Source: Cycas panzhihuaensis (lineage: Eukaryota > Plantae > Cycadophyta). From it: 64,000 nucleotides of DNA. The translations under genes and the position numbers were made by a program. The notes under the pieces were generated by a model. It did no database searches and was not told where the DNA came from. It saw nothing but the letters and a program-made list of their open reading frames with translations. The number at the start of each line of letters is the position of its first letter. The first letter of the stretch is position 1. Positions 41,757-57,659 of this stretch are shown one piece after another. The DNA is taken from the NCBI GenBank assembly GCA_023213395.1, contig CM041465.1, forward strand, positions 199,151,741-199,215,740. Direction: 5' to 3'.

Positions 41757-41943
41757 TGTATGTATGTATGTATGTTACATATGATCACCTAGTTATTTAA
41801 TCACATTCTAGGAGCCATTTAGTCAACCAATGGCTAATTACAAGTAATAAGTGTGTATGCTATAACCTCTTACTATATATTAAAGGGATGACCATATTGA
41901 TTTACATTAATTAAATATTTGCATGGATTAACATTACCCAATA
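39010..41943 (-). mobile_element. Non-autonomous LTR element (2.9 kb); LTRs 39010-39385 and 41477-41943; TSD GACTA
   Basis: LTR pair (AGATCTAATAAGACTAT, TAATAAATGAAAGAATAT); PBS GGCTTTGATACCA (41462-41474); PPT TTCTCCCTTT (39386-39395); GACTA at 39005-39009 and 41944-41948; faint gag remnant ~40700-40950. Confidence 0.92.
41667..41775. repeat. Compound (ATCT)n(TA)n(TATG)n microsatellite in one LTR only
   Basis: Sister LTR has only TACATATATATAG at ~39205. Confidence 0.9.
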
Positions 41944-41948
41944 GACTA

Positions 41949-42960
41949 TAATCTTATCTTGAGGATAGTATATAATATAAGACAAATAAATTGAGGTTAT
42001 AGCTAAAGGTCTTAGAGATAATAATCTATGTAAATTATATGGACACTATAAAGGACAAAAAGTGTTTCTTTCTATAACTCTAAAACATAAGTTATAGCAT
42101 GAAAAAATAGGTCACTTAAACTACACCAGTCTCTAATTGATGGATAAATTAAAAATAGTGCATGGTTTTTCTTTGATAAATGTTAAAAGTTATTTTTATA
42201 AACTTTAAATTTTTGGAAAATAACATAAAGAACTATTTTCTAAGAAGAAACTGTAGAGATTTAGAGAAAAATTAAGATTGGTTCACTCATATATCTGTGG
42301 ACTAATGCTTATTTGTTTGCTTGGTAAAGTCAGATATTTCATCACTTTCACTGACAATTTTTTATGAAATATTTGGGTTTTTCCATTAAGGAAAATTTTC
42401 CAAGATTTCACCTGCTTCAAATAGTTTAGGGAGTTGGCAGAGAATAAAAGTGGATGCAAAATCAAGGTCTCATAAATTTACAATGGTGAAGAGTACAATT
42501 TGAATGAATTCACTTAGTTTTATAAGGATTATAGAATGAAGAGGTAGTTTGCTACTACCTATACACCTTAGTAAAATAAAGTTATTGAGTAAATGAATAA
42601 AACTTTAGTTAAGAAATCTAAAGCTATGATGAAAGGCAAGGATGTATCAAACTTGTTATAGGTATAAGATATGAACACAATTTTATATATGACAAATGTA
42701 AGCACTATAAGGGTTATTAAGAATATAACACTTAAGGAGCCTTAGTTAGATAAGAAGTTGACTATTTGTTCTCTAAAACGTTTTTAGTATATAGTGTATA
42801 TATATGTCTCAAAGGAGAAATAACGAAAGTTGGATAATAAAAGCAAGAAGGGTATCCTTATCAAATGTTGTAATGAAAGTTAAACATACAAAGTATATGA
42901 GTTGTCAACTCAAAAAGTCTATACAAATCATAATGTAATCTTCCATGAAGATTAGTGAAT
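41949..42960 (+). pseudogene. Copia GAG-pre-integrase and integrase core remnant
   Basis: L*HEKIGHLNY; LVHSYICG; RYFITFTD; YNGEEY; TYTP**NKVIE; RKLDNKSKK. Confidence 0.88.
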
Positions 42961-43274
42961 GAATGTTAGTTTAATTAATGTTGTGGAGCATATCGAGAAG
43001 CCTTTTAAATATAGTTCTTCATATGATTTTATTCAACTTGAATATGAGCCATTTGAGATTGGTGAAGTAGTAGAATTATGATACTTTAAGTCTCCATAAA
43101 CTAATTTATGCAAAATCTAAAGATAAAGTTGAAGCTTAAGCCTAAAACATTATTTATACCTTCATCTTTATCTTCAAAGATAAAGCTTCTAAAATAGTAT
43201 TTAAAAGTCATGGATGATATTAAAAAGTCATTACTTAAATATTAGGAAAAGTAAAAATCATAATTATAACATTT

Positions 43275-43712
43275 TATTAAAACATTATAATATCACCCTT
43301 ATTTCTATGTAATTCATATACATTATATGAATATTATACACTATAAGTGACCCTTGTTATAAATTTAATAATTTTATATAATTATGTTGAGTCTATTATA
43401 TATATCGTTAAGGCCGCCAATGATATTCATATAAATCTTGGTGGGAAGCTTATAAATTAAGCCCCACACAATTCATTTGTACATGGAATTTTTGTTTATG
43501 TGGAAGCTCTGCTAATTTAGAGCCTCATATAGTGATAAATTTACTTGTGAACCATTGTTCATCTCAGTTTTACTCTTATTTCGAATGTCTATTGCATTTT
43601 TTCAGTAGTGTGGCTTTATATTATGGCAAATGCACATATATTCTAGATCTTGGATGAGTTTTAACATGGTATCAGAGTAATTTTGGTACCCATTTTAATA
43701 TGGTATCAGAGT
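43275..43712 (+). mobile_element. 5' LTR plus two tandem PBS of a truncated nested element
   Basis: Starts TATTAAAA (decayed TGTTAAAA); TTTTAACA-TGGTATCAGAGT (PBS 43667-43678) and TTTTAATA-TGGTATCAGAGT (PBS 43701-43712); no partner LTR found. Confidence 0.7.
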
Positions 43713-45424
43713 AATATTATATTCAAGCTGCTATGGTGAGGTGAAGATCTTACTAATCTAGATTCAAGCCTATCAAGTCTATGATAGGAACCATTTATGA
43801 AGAATTTTTTAATGAGCCAAATGTATACATATGGCAGTGATATGTATGATAGATTACATGGTAGATAAATCGAGTCAAGCCACATATAGGATAGATACAA
43901 TAAATACTTATGGTATATTGATATGTTAAGTTTACGTGGATATTTATTTATGCATATAAGTGCCTATATTCATGAAACATGTAGGTTCTTATCATAGTCT
44001 ATCATAATGAAGTAGTTAACCTATAAGTGGAAGCATGCATGTATAATAGCATGTTGATAAGTGTTATAATAATAATATGAAAGGTATGTGGAAGATTTTA
44101 TTTTAGCATGAAATGATTAATACATATAAGGGAATGATTATATTTTAGGTTGGCATTGAAGGTATGATTATTTTATTACATCACGAATTACTTATATTGG
44201 CATGAGTTATGGTAACTTGAGATGAAAGAATTATAGTAGCATATGATATGTTGAGATGCTAAGGGCACCTTATACATATGATATATGATATATAAATGAT
44301 TTTTTATGGTTTTATTCAGACCTTATGTCAAGCATGAAGAATGATCATGCTTGATACCCATGGTTTAATCCATGGATGTTCTATATAGATGATCTTTCCT
44401 TTATACTAGCCACACAAAGAGTGTAAATCACTCTTATGTTGTATAGAGATCATATTTATATTCTATGAAGATACTACATAGCTAGAGAAAGAAGCCACCC
44501 ACTACCACTACATATAGAATACACCCAAGTTGCATGTGTTCCCTATATACTCTAACCTATATTGAGATATTCTCCAAATTAGATTACTTAACCTGACTAA
44601 TCATTGTCTATGAAAAACTTATATTTTGAGGGATTATCGATTGAATTTCTTGTATATAATATGCACAGGTTTCATTTTATTTGGATTATAAACATAAAAC
44701 ATGGTAATTAAATGCTCATATTGCAACATGACTAATCACAACTCTTATGATAACTAAACGAATAAGTAAAATGTAAATAGAGGCTCGCCTACCTATAATC
44801 ATACTATAGCCTTGTAGAAAGGCTGAAGAAGGAACCCTACACATGCCCAATTGGAGTTGACGATGACACCACCACATAATGGCCCAATATCATTACTTAA
44901 ATGTCCCTACTCATTGAATTCCACTATTATGATCTATTGATTACTCATTTTCCCTGGTCATGACCCTATGAATGGAGATCACCATTCATATGTTTAGAGT
45001 ATAATCTCGATCAACCTAAATATGTAGATCTAATAAACGCTTGAGTATCACTCTAATCTAACCATGAAGAAATTTAGAATACCCAACTAAATTTCCCTTG
45101 CATTAACATTGACATGTAGTTCATAGATGGGTGCCATCTAGACTAGGATGTCCCTGTATAAACATAACTAGATTAATCGAATAGTCAGATCAATCAAATA
45201 TGAGACATGTAGAGTTTTATATTTTCTAGAGAAGATAATTTCTTTTCTTTGTATGGATATTTGATGCATTTAGTTTTTTAAAAACCCTAAAAAAGTTATA
45301 TTTGAATTGATAAATTTAAATGGATTACATAGTTTTTCAAATCTATTTGTAGACAGTCATATGGAGAGCCCATGTGAACTAGGGTTAAGCTATCATGAGT
45401 TCACCTTTCTCATAGGTTCTCAAG

Positions 45425-47450
<2,026 letters not shown>

Positions 47451-47809
47451 CAAAGCAAATAAAATAAAACTTAAACAGGAATGTTGACATTGAATATTTA
47501 TTACAACTCATAAATTTAGGTTATAAACCTTCTACTTGATTTTTATATTTTAGTTATTATTTAATTATTGTTATAGAAGTTGGTAAGTCATGGAAAGATA
47601 CACTACCCATCCTACATATGTCAATCCTTTTGGGATCAATATTTCTTTTTAGGATTATATATAAGAATTTATTATTCATTATAATAAGGAGGAGAGGAAT
47701 TACTAAGAATGAGATTTAGTTTATATTTTTTTGTGATATTAATTTTCCTTAAATGAATATATTAATCCATCTTATTTAGGTTTATCCATGCTTGTTTTCA
47801 AATCCTACA

Positions 47810-48171
47810 CTTCTACCACTATATGGATTATTAGAAACCTTACTATCAAAATTGTGTTTAGTGCTAAATTATTCCTTCCACTTACTACTAATAATCTTAT
47901 TGAGTATGTCACCATTATTAGAGATCTCATTGATACTCTTTATATTCATGTTGGATTAATTATTGTATTCATTGATTCACTTCTTATTACCCATTAATTG
48001 ACTTGAACTTACCAAATATAAAATCGCACACTCCATGATACCATGCATATAGCCAAGCCATTACTTGCTCAGTTTTGTAGTGATTTTATTATCCATATAC
48101 CTTGAGAATAGAATAGTAAAGAAGGTGGATTGATTAATATGATATTAACATAATATATTTATAATATTTGA
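47810..48171 (+). pseudogene. aRH C-terminal part (continuation of 35181-35234)
   Basis: STTIWII..FLPLTTNNLIEYVTII..FIDSLLIT..IHIP*E*N; colinear with the intact aRH. Confidence 0.85.
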
Positions 48172-48234
48172 CCCTAAAGAATAGGAAAAAAGAAAAAGCA
48201 AAAGGAGTTATCACACATTCATTAACATGCTGAT

Positions 48235-48475
48235 GAATTTAATGGTGATTAGCTTATGAGTTTCATGTTATCATTTAATGAAATACTAACCTCTAAATAT
48301 CCAAATATATGCATTAGCATGTCTATAACTTTAATGGTGACTAATTAACAAGTTTCACATTATTATTCATTAAATTGTAGGCTTATTTTAATCTCATATA
48401 TATATATATGTAGAATCTTGATTTACAAGTTTAATGATAACTAGTTTACAAATTCTCGTTGTTATTTACTAAATG
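48235..48475 (+). repeat. Three degenerate ~50-nt units at ~92-100 bp spacing
   Basis: TTTAATGGTGA...AGTTTCA...TAAAT at ~48235, ~48327, ~48427; similar units at ~34670 and ~34760. Confidence 0.6.
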
Positions 48476-49101
48476 ATATGCTTGATTGATATACATTTAT
48501 ACCAATTATTATTACTTCTAAATGGTATAGTATAAAGAAATCACCACACTTGAATGGCTGACCATACAGACATCTTAGTCTAAACATTGAGATTTTATGT
48601 CTCCAAATGGTTCCACTTATTGGCTAATTTGTACACTATTTCATATCCATCAAGTACATACTCTTTAATAAAACTATTAGATTATTACTATATTTTCCAT
48701 TGTATTATTTACTCATACACATAAGGGAAGCTAAGGAAACCATGGTCCTTCTACCATTTATTGGATTATTCATTATCATACCAATCATATTATGTATAGG
48801 GTTATTCATTCTTATACATACTATTAGATTATCATTTACTCAATTTTATGTTCCTTCTAATATTCATATATCTTAAGAGTAGAATTCTAAAGCAAATCCA
48901 TTAACTAACCTTAAACTTATATAATACCTTTGATACTCTCACAAAATAACAAAACCAGACACTCTAGCTTTGATCCCTAATATATAGTCATATAGATATT
49001 TGGTAAGATATAGAATATTGGTGATGTTATATGTATAGATTCAAGATATAATATTAGTAATATTTTCTCTTTATTATGATAGCTCAACAAAACTCACTTA
49101 C

Positions 49102-51674
49102 TGTTTCCCAGCTTCCGGGAATGGATACGGAATCACCGACTCAGGTAAGTGCAGGTATGTTTCTCGCATTGTCATCATTTTCATTTAATGAGTATTTGCT
49201 TGCATGTCTGCATGTGTGTGGCTCTGTGGGCGACTTTGCCGTCGTCCACACTTGTTTTGGCCTATAACGACTATAGAAGGGGCACACTCCCAGCGAGTGT
49301 GGCACCCTGGTGGCTACTTCACTTCTCGCATTTGCCCTCCTCACTCCAAGATCCACCTAGTTTGCGCCACCTCCACCTATGTGATGACCCGTCATCGTTT
49401 GGTCAACTTGCCACCCTGGTTGAGCCCTATTTTTGCTCCTTTTGACCCGTTTGTTGGCTTGTTTACCCCCGGGTAGGTGTCCCAACCCCCTATTGGTCCT
49501 TTTTGTCATCTACCCCTAGCCTAGGCTAGTTGGCCGGGCATATTTTTGCCTCTAGGTACGTACCGCCTTGAAGATCTGGCCGGAATATCCGTGATGCCAT
49601 GAATTCTTGATACGACTATCTCAGGTTGTTTTTTAAAATCCGCCGTGGCAATTTCGCATTTATTGTGAAACTGCCACGTGGCTCGCAACTTAATTCTCTC
49701 CCAGCCGCACCCTAATCACTCGCTTTAGGGTTTGGTCTGAGTACTTAAGCCATTTTTGACTCATTTTTTAGGATTCTTTTGCTCACTTTTGGAATGCTCT
49801 TCAAGGAAACAACATTCTGCTCTACTCTTCCCTGCTGTTCTACCGCTATCATCGACCTCGTCCCTCCCATGATGACCTGCTCTCCTTTGGCGTGGCTAGG
49901 ACATTCTCCCAGCCCCTCATACACCTTGGAGAGGGCCCCTTGGAGTGGTTCTAGTTGATCTTTGCCCAGGCAGTCCACAAGTGCTCCAAGTGCAGGTGTT
50001 TCCCTTCTCACCTCCTTAGCAGGGTCTCAAACCAACTATACTTTAGATCTGGGCTGATTCCTCAGCCCCTCTTCACTGCTCCTTGGCTGAGGCAAGTCTC
50101 TTGCCTCCTGCACTTAGGTATCTTTTGATTTACATTATTTTTCTCTGTGATATTAATGCTCCAACTTGCTTGCTCCCTGCTTGTGATTGTGAGTTTGTGT
50201 CCCTTCCTTTAGGTAGGATCTTCCACCATTGTCTTGTGCCTCTTGCCTGCGTTTACTATTTAAGGCAGCGGCATTGAGGGTTGGCATAGGCTTTGGGAAG
50301 GAGCTGGGTGGATTTCGTACCACCTTCCACCCTCCTTAAGCGGCTCTAAGCCCTCCAAAGGCTCCCTCTCGCCCCGTGCTGCCCTTGGCTTGCAAACAAG
50401 GGTTTGTAGGCCCTCTTTTGGCCACCCAAACCAGCGCTGTCACAAGTTGCAGTGCTGATTTGAGGACCTTTATTCAGGTTTGGGTAACTTGCATAAGTCC
50501 CAACTACTAGTCTTTGCCTAACTCTCTTCCCGGCTGCCCGGCTTGCTCCTCATAGCATCCTGATTCACCGTAGGTTTTCTTGGGCCTCTCTTTGCCCCTT
50601 TGTTGCCATTTTCCAGCCCTTGCTCTTAGCCTTGCCCTCGCTACCTTGTGGCTCTTGGGGGGAGGTTAGGGCATCATTTGCGGGAGGTAGGCCACTCTAA
50701 GGCTTACCGATCATTTACTTTCACTTTGGTTACTCTCTTTTGTGTACTTTCATTGATGGATTGGCACTAACGCATGAGTATTTAGATTCACATTTATACT
50801 ATTTGGGCATATATTGCTAGGATCTTGTATTGCATGTTAATGTCCTTCTTCCGGGAAGGGAGAAATTGCCATTGTTTGCAGGTATTTGGGGAGCGTGGAG
50901 GATACCGTCCGTTAGTCCCGTTGCCGGTAAGCACCCTTGTATTCATTGTACTTTCACACTTTCTTCATTTATTAGCTTTTGCTCCCTTCCTTTCTTTGGC
51001 ATCGCATTTGATTTTCTGGGGAAGGTAAGGAAGCCCCCTTTCGATCCGTTGCATCATTCCGCATCTACGCATCACGTGGAGTAGCTTGGTGCCCTCTCAA
51101 GAAGGCCTTCCTCATGCACGTCGTCGGTCCAGGTGCATGTCTTACTCTACCCTGCTACCTTTTTTCCTTTTGGTTCCTTCTTAGTAATTAACACATTGAA
51201 TAGTAAAAGGGAAATTTGGTTTTACATTTGGTTATGCTTCGTTTGTTTCGTTACACGCATTTTTGCTACTTATAGGAAAGGTCATAGGAACTCCCCTTTC
51301 TCTACCTTTCCTCTTCTCCTCTTAGCCGCACAAGTTCCTCACCTCCTGCGTCACTTGTGTACCTGGTTAGTTTGTTTAGGTATCCCTAGCCTATTCTCTT
51401 TGGATCTCCTCCTTCTCCTTCCGGCCATCCAAGGGTGGGAGGGTCCTACCCCTAGGTCAACCCAGGTTTGCCCTGTACACCTTCACCCTTGTTCGGAGTG
51501 GTGGAGGATCACTCGATAGTAGCCATACTCCATTGCAGATCCCGAACTCGCGCTCCGGCGCACAGGGCACTCTGCGTGGTAACTATTTGCCTCATAGGTC
51601 CCACCTTCAGTTGTATCACCACCCACTCTCACCACACCTATTAGTTAGGTAGCTATCCCGTAGACGCGCGTCCA
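49102..51674 (+). mobile_element. Solo LTR (2573 bp) of a GC-rich Tat-like gypsy family; TSD CTTAC
   Basis: TGTTTCC...GCGCGTCCA; CTTAC at 49097-49101 and 51675-51679; homologous end to end with 60255-62980. Confidence 0.95.
49720..49750 (+). promoter_or_regulatory. Putative LTR promoter (telo-box-like TAGGGTTT plus TATA-like motif)
   Basis: TTTAGGGTTTGG..TACTTAAG; the sister LTR has TATTTAAG at the same place (62336-62343, minus strand). Confidence 0.35.
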
Positions 51675-54254
51675 CTTACTAAAGGGAGAATTTTTTTTCT
51701 TGAATTTGGACCTTCTACCCTTAATTTAGGAATGTTAGGTATAATGTTTCCCTCCATTATCAGATATGCATAAGCTTCTTGTTATTTATCTTATGATACA
51801 TTTGATTAGTTATATTTTCTTATCATTTTACCTTATGTCATATTTTAATTAAGCACTGACTTGTGTTTTCCTATATATATTACATCCCTTACTTGCTAAT
51901 GACAAAAATTAGATATGTTTCCCTCTAACATCTTATCTCGTGGAGGTTGAGTTAATACTCATAATAGTTACTCTAATATATTTCCTCTATGATAACCTTT
52001 TTTATGTTCTATTCCATGCTCTCTTTTGGTTGTTATAAGTGACCATCTCAAGTTGACATGAACTTATATTCTTTTAAATTAACTCTTATTAGATTAGACA
52101 TGCGTCAATTACCCATATAAGTTAGTTATTATATGGTTAAACATGAGTCAGTACCCCTCTAAGTAATTTCTTTAAGTTAACATGTATTTTTTTATTATTT
52201 TCCACCTAGATTGTATCTTCTTTTATATTTTTTTACCTTGAATGTAAATGCAATTGATTATTCTATGTAGTCCATTTTGTAGATCTCCCTAAGTACATAT
52301 ATAACAAGTAGTTATAGGATGAAAAGGATAATATATGGGGAAATTATGTCCATATTAAATTTCCATTTTCTATGGTATCCTAGTTTCATAGTTGTCAAGG
52401 ATGATATCACGAAGAAAACCTTAAAAATAATGTAATTCTTACCTATTAGTTTTTTAAATTGACTTCCAAATAAATTTATAATTTTATTCCTTCTATACCC
52501 TCTTTTTTCCACTATAAATATCTCTCCTAACCTTCCCTTTTGGTTCACTAGATTCATTAGGCTTAATCTTCACATAATCTTCGTGGTTATTTGCTTATAC
52601 TTAGGCAAGGCTCCTTACATACTATTTGTTTATAACTTTTGATATGCTTTTACATGTGGTTAAATGATTTTCACATGCCCTAATTGTTTCTTTTAAGATC
52701 ATGTAAATTTTTTACTATTTTACTCATCATATTTTGTTATACTTTTGATTACTACTAATGTTGCATATCTCTCTTGTTCATTTATAGGATCATTATAGTT
52801 CTTATTTGTTATTATATGATATCACTCTCTTTATATCACATCTTTCATATTATTATTCTATGGTGTTATTATGGCTTCCAATTTATTAATTTATGATGAT
52901 ATTATGGGTTATCTATAACATTCTTGTGATGCCACTACAAACCATGCACAACACTTATGTAGTATCTTTGTTCCATATCATAGGTTGCAAATGGGACATC
53001 AACAATAACATCACGGATCTTATGTATTATTTTAGTGGTATAATCATTTTTTTCACTTCATTCCTATAATTTCTTTGATTTGATTATTGCTCAATCTCTT
53101 ACATCATTTTACTTTTCATATTTTCTTCTTATTTTGTCACCTTTTATGATCTATTAAAGTGTTTATTATTTATAGTTACATATAGCCTTGTATTTATTTA
53201 AGGTAATCCTCTTTCATCCTTATATAGGTTCCCTTCAAATATTTCTCATATTAATAGTTATTGGATAATTGATAGTATTTTTTTTATATTCATTTATAGG
53301 AAGAAGATTAGGAAGGAACCACACATGCACACATGTACATCAACAAGGATTAGTCACCACATAGCAAATCAAATAAGCACCACTTATGTGCATATTTTTA
53401 TTTACTTTTGATTAAAATAAATATATCAATTTACTTTAATGAAACATATAAAATAAATTGATGAAATAAAAGAACCTAAAAATTCTTAGTAAAAGGTGTA
53501 CTCCATCATAGTATATATTTTAGTGATAATATATACATAAATAATTTCATCATACATAGGAATACATGTTCCCTATATAGTGAGGTTTATTCCTCTATTT
53601 TTAAGATCAATCTTAGCTTAAGATATTTTCCTTAGATTAGAAGAACAAAATCCCCTACCCATTGAATCACCTGTTAAATAGGTTAGTAAGAAAACATAAG
53701 GAGTAGGAATGCATTCAAATAGAGAGGGGTTACTAGAAACCCCTCAAACAATAGACTAAAAGACAATGGAACAAAACTTGAAAAGGAAAAAAATAAAACC
53801 CAACGACTCAAATAAAATGATTATAAAATTTTAGGTAGCAAACTTATTATACATATTTTAAACCTTATGAAAAACTAATAAATATCCCTTGAATATCACT
53901 ACAGGCAATATTAGTGCAGAAGTTATGAAATAGTAATATCGATTTATGTTATAAAAAAGAATTAGATCATAAAATTATCTTAAAAAACATAAAAATCATA
54001 GAAAATTTGATGACATAATTACTGCATTTATAAAATTTTCTATAAATATGTAAGCACTAAGTACTCAAATATCTCCACATGCATGTTAATAAGTAGAAAT
54101 AGAAAATAACAAGCCAAACCTATCGACTTAGAAAAGAATTAATAAAAAATACCAAATTTTAAATCATTAAATTCATGGAAATTTTGATAGTATTTCTATT
54201 ATACTTATATAATTTCTAATAAAATTTTGAGTAATGAAAGCTAAACATTACTAA

Positions 54255-57200
54255 TGTTGAAAAATAAGTAGCTCTGATACCAATTGTTGGAAATAAATAA
54301 AAAATGCTTTGATGTATTATGTTGAAAAGAATAATATAACCTATGGAATTCACAAATATATGTACATCTAATAAGGTTAATATAAGATAATCATGAAAAT
54401 AAAGTAAGGTGGAACCTACACATTGAGATATAATTATATGGTGTCAAAGAATTACACTAAATGAATGTACATATTCATAGATATAATTGACATCATATCC
54501 AACTAATAATCCAAAAGAACCTATAAGTCCATCAATAGGATATTACATTAATAAGTGAATATATACACATATTTTAGTGGCTTTCATAATTTAATTATAA
54601 TATATAATAAGAGAGTAGGGTTTACAACTTAACTTTAGAAGATATAAATTTATAAGGAAATAATTAATCATTACTTCTAACACCACCCCCCCCCCCCCCC
54701 ACCTATCATTAATTAAACACAACATTAATATACATCATCAATCTCTATCTTCTTGATAGATTATAAAGAGGAGTATCATTATTCACCTCCTTCTTATTCT
54801 TTAAGTTCCCATTAAAAAAGATATGTCAAATCCTCAAATAAATCTCATACACATGTGAGAAATCACTACCACTTACTAAACTCCTTCATCACAAGTTGCA
54901 TGATGAATTCATCCACGTTAATGAGTTTGATGATATCTATATAAAAGCTTTAGCATTTAGTAAACTATGTTGGTAACTAATCATTGTAGTAGCTAGTTTG
55001 CCAGGAGAGTCTTCATTTATTAAGTTTAGTCAACATATATCAACCATTCTATGAATATGTAAAACTACTTGGCTAGAAAAACAAGTTGAGAATGTAAGAG
55101 TAGTAACACCTTGACCCTTTCATATAGGCACAAAGATAATATCTCTTTTGATAACTTTGGTTGAAAATATATGAGGAACATTTTCCTCTAAATACTAGGG
55201 AATGTTGCCCTTTAAAACATCTAAATACCATCATTAATCTAGGTACCAAACAATCAACATTAATGGGTGGTCTCAAAAGAATCTTTAACATAGCTAAAAT
55301 GTCATCAAAAGATGGTCAAATAGCAATCAGCATTCAATTACATAATACTATTTAATATTTTATCTTTTAATCTCTCTCTCTCTCACACACACACACACGC
55401 GCGCGCGCACGTGCACATAATAGTTTTTAAAATTTTCTTTAATAAAGTAGGTTTTTATAAGGTAAAATTTTGAATTTAAAAAAAAATATTAATGTATAGA
55501 TGTAAAGCTCAAAAGCTTTATAGATTTTATAAAGAAATTTGAAAATCAAACTACAGATGACCAATTTTAATGATCAAAAGTCTATATGTATATATCAAAA
55601 ACATGTTAAAAACTATCTTCATCAAAATTGACCCATAATAAATACATTAAATTCTCTCCAAAAATATCTGTATAGCCAATTATTTCATCTTTGTTTAAGC
55701 CTAGTTTTTTATGGCAAAGATAAAATTAAACTTCACTGCCTATAGAAAACGTTACAGTATATCACCATCAGTAATCCATAAAAGATTATAAATTTCTCAA
55801 AAAATGAATTAACCCCTTTTACTAACAAGGTGCTAGTCACATGTAAAGCCTCTATGTAACCTTTGGCTTTGTCCTTAAGTCCTAGGTAGACTTAAAATCA
55901 CTTTTCAATATAACTTAATTTCATTTCAACTTTATAGACAAATAAATATTTGTAAATGCATCAATCGATATTTGAATCTAAAATATGTATAGTCAAGGTA
56001 GATTTGAGCATGAATTTCTCATCTAATTTAGATCAGATTGGAGTGGGATTTTATCCATAAGGTTACAACATAAGGGTTCATCTCCCAATATCTTTATATT
56101 AGAAAAACATAGAGAAAAATTATTGAAAAACCATTTATTCTCATCTTATTTAATTACAAGGCCAAAGAGAGTTTGATGCATCATTTGATAGATTACAAAA
56201 ATCTATGGAAATTAAAAATGATCTACAGAGAAGATTTATACAAAGAATAATCATCGACACCTTCTATGATGATTCATAAAGTAGAAAAAATCCATTGGAG
56301 GGTGCCTAATATACCATAGATCTTCCCATTTTATAATAAGAAGTTATGCCAAAAGTTTTAACTTCTTAACATAAATTTCTCATAGATGTATTAGTTCTAG
56401 ACAATAAAAACACCCAACAAGCATAATACATGAAGAAAAAACGGCCCAACATAGTGAACTATTAAACCAATATAAAATAAATTTTGAACAACTACTAGAC
56501 CATAAAAGTCAACTAACTTTGTTGTTATTTTTTAAACATGTAAATTCTCTCTTCAAGATCATGAGTATATGAGTTTGCTAAAAAGATCCTACAAAAATTT
56601 ACTTTAAAAGAGATTCTTTATTCAAATTTAATGGTGAGAATGGTAAATTCAATCATCTAATTTAATAAAAAATGTGTGACACTCAAAATAGTGAATCCTA
56701 GTAAGGACACTCATGACCACCTCTATAACAAGCTAAGATAACATTCATTTTTTATATAACATGATGTTTACAACCATCTATACCTATTACTACTCAATCC
56801 ACTAATGTAGGATGATCATACCTTCATCAAGGACTCAAAGCAATAGACTTTTCATTCATCAAATTATGGATAAACAATATGAAAAGTAAAAAATCCATAA
56901 AAGAATAATGGTAAATAGAATTTTCATTATAATAAATCTAAGATCCAACTTAAAACTTGAACACTTATAAGAAGCCCTCAAACCTACTCTAAAATAGTCA
57001 TCATCTCAAATTAGTATAAGTAGGCTAGCGGGTCCTCAAATTAGCATTAGCTCTACATGAAAAAAATTGGCTTAATAACCTTGCATGAGTTTAAAAGTAT
57101 CTAAAAGATCTTCCTCTTACTCTAAAATGTCTTTAGCCTAAAAAATCTTCTAACAAGTGTCTTAAACATCACTAGGATTAATCACCTACATCACATATTG

Positions 57201-57659
57201 AGCACACTTGCTTTAATACCAAATGTTAGAAAATAAATAATTCTGTTACTAATTATTGTAAAATAAAAAATGTTTTGATATATCATGTTAGATAAAATAA
57301 GATAACAAATTACATTCATAGATATAAGTACAAATAATGAGGTCAATATAAGTTAGATATAAAAACAAAGTAAGATGAAACATGCATATTATAAGGACAC
57401 AATTATATAATAGAAGAATTATCATCTTTCAAAGAATTATATTAGATAAATGTACATATTTATAGATATAATAATCTCACATCTAACCAATAATGTAAGA
57501 GAACCTACAAGACTACCAATGAGACATTACATGAATATATGCACTTATCTTAATAATTTTTACAATTTAATACTTATATATAATGAGAGAGTGGACAGAC
57601 ATAACTTAACCTTACAAGACATGATTTTAAAAGGAAGTAATTAATCATTACTTTTAACA
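54255..57659 (-). mobile_element. Non-autonomous LTR element (3.4 kb); LTRs 54255-54682 and 57224-57659; TSD ACTAA/ACTAG
   Basis: LTR pair ending TAATTAATCATTACTT(C/T)TAACA; PBS GCTTTAATACCA (57210-57221); C-rich PPT (54683-54700); flanks 54250-54254 and 57660-57664. Confidence 0.88.
55372..55416. repeat. (TC)n(AC)n(GC)n compound microsatellite
   Basis: Direct observation. Confidence 0.9.

Noticed and set aside
49076-51519. Short ORFs inside the GC-rich LTRs (also 60311-63263)
   Set aside because: Frames and stops differ between the two LTR copies; shared peptide stretches reflect nucleotide similarity only
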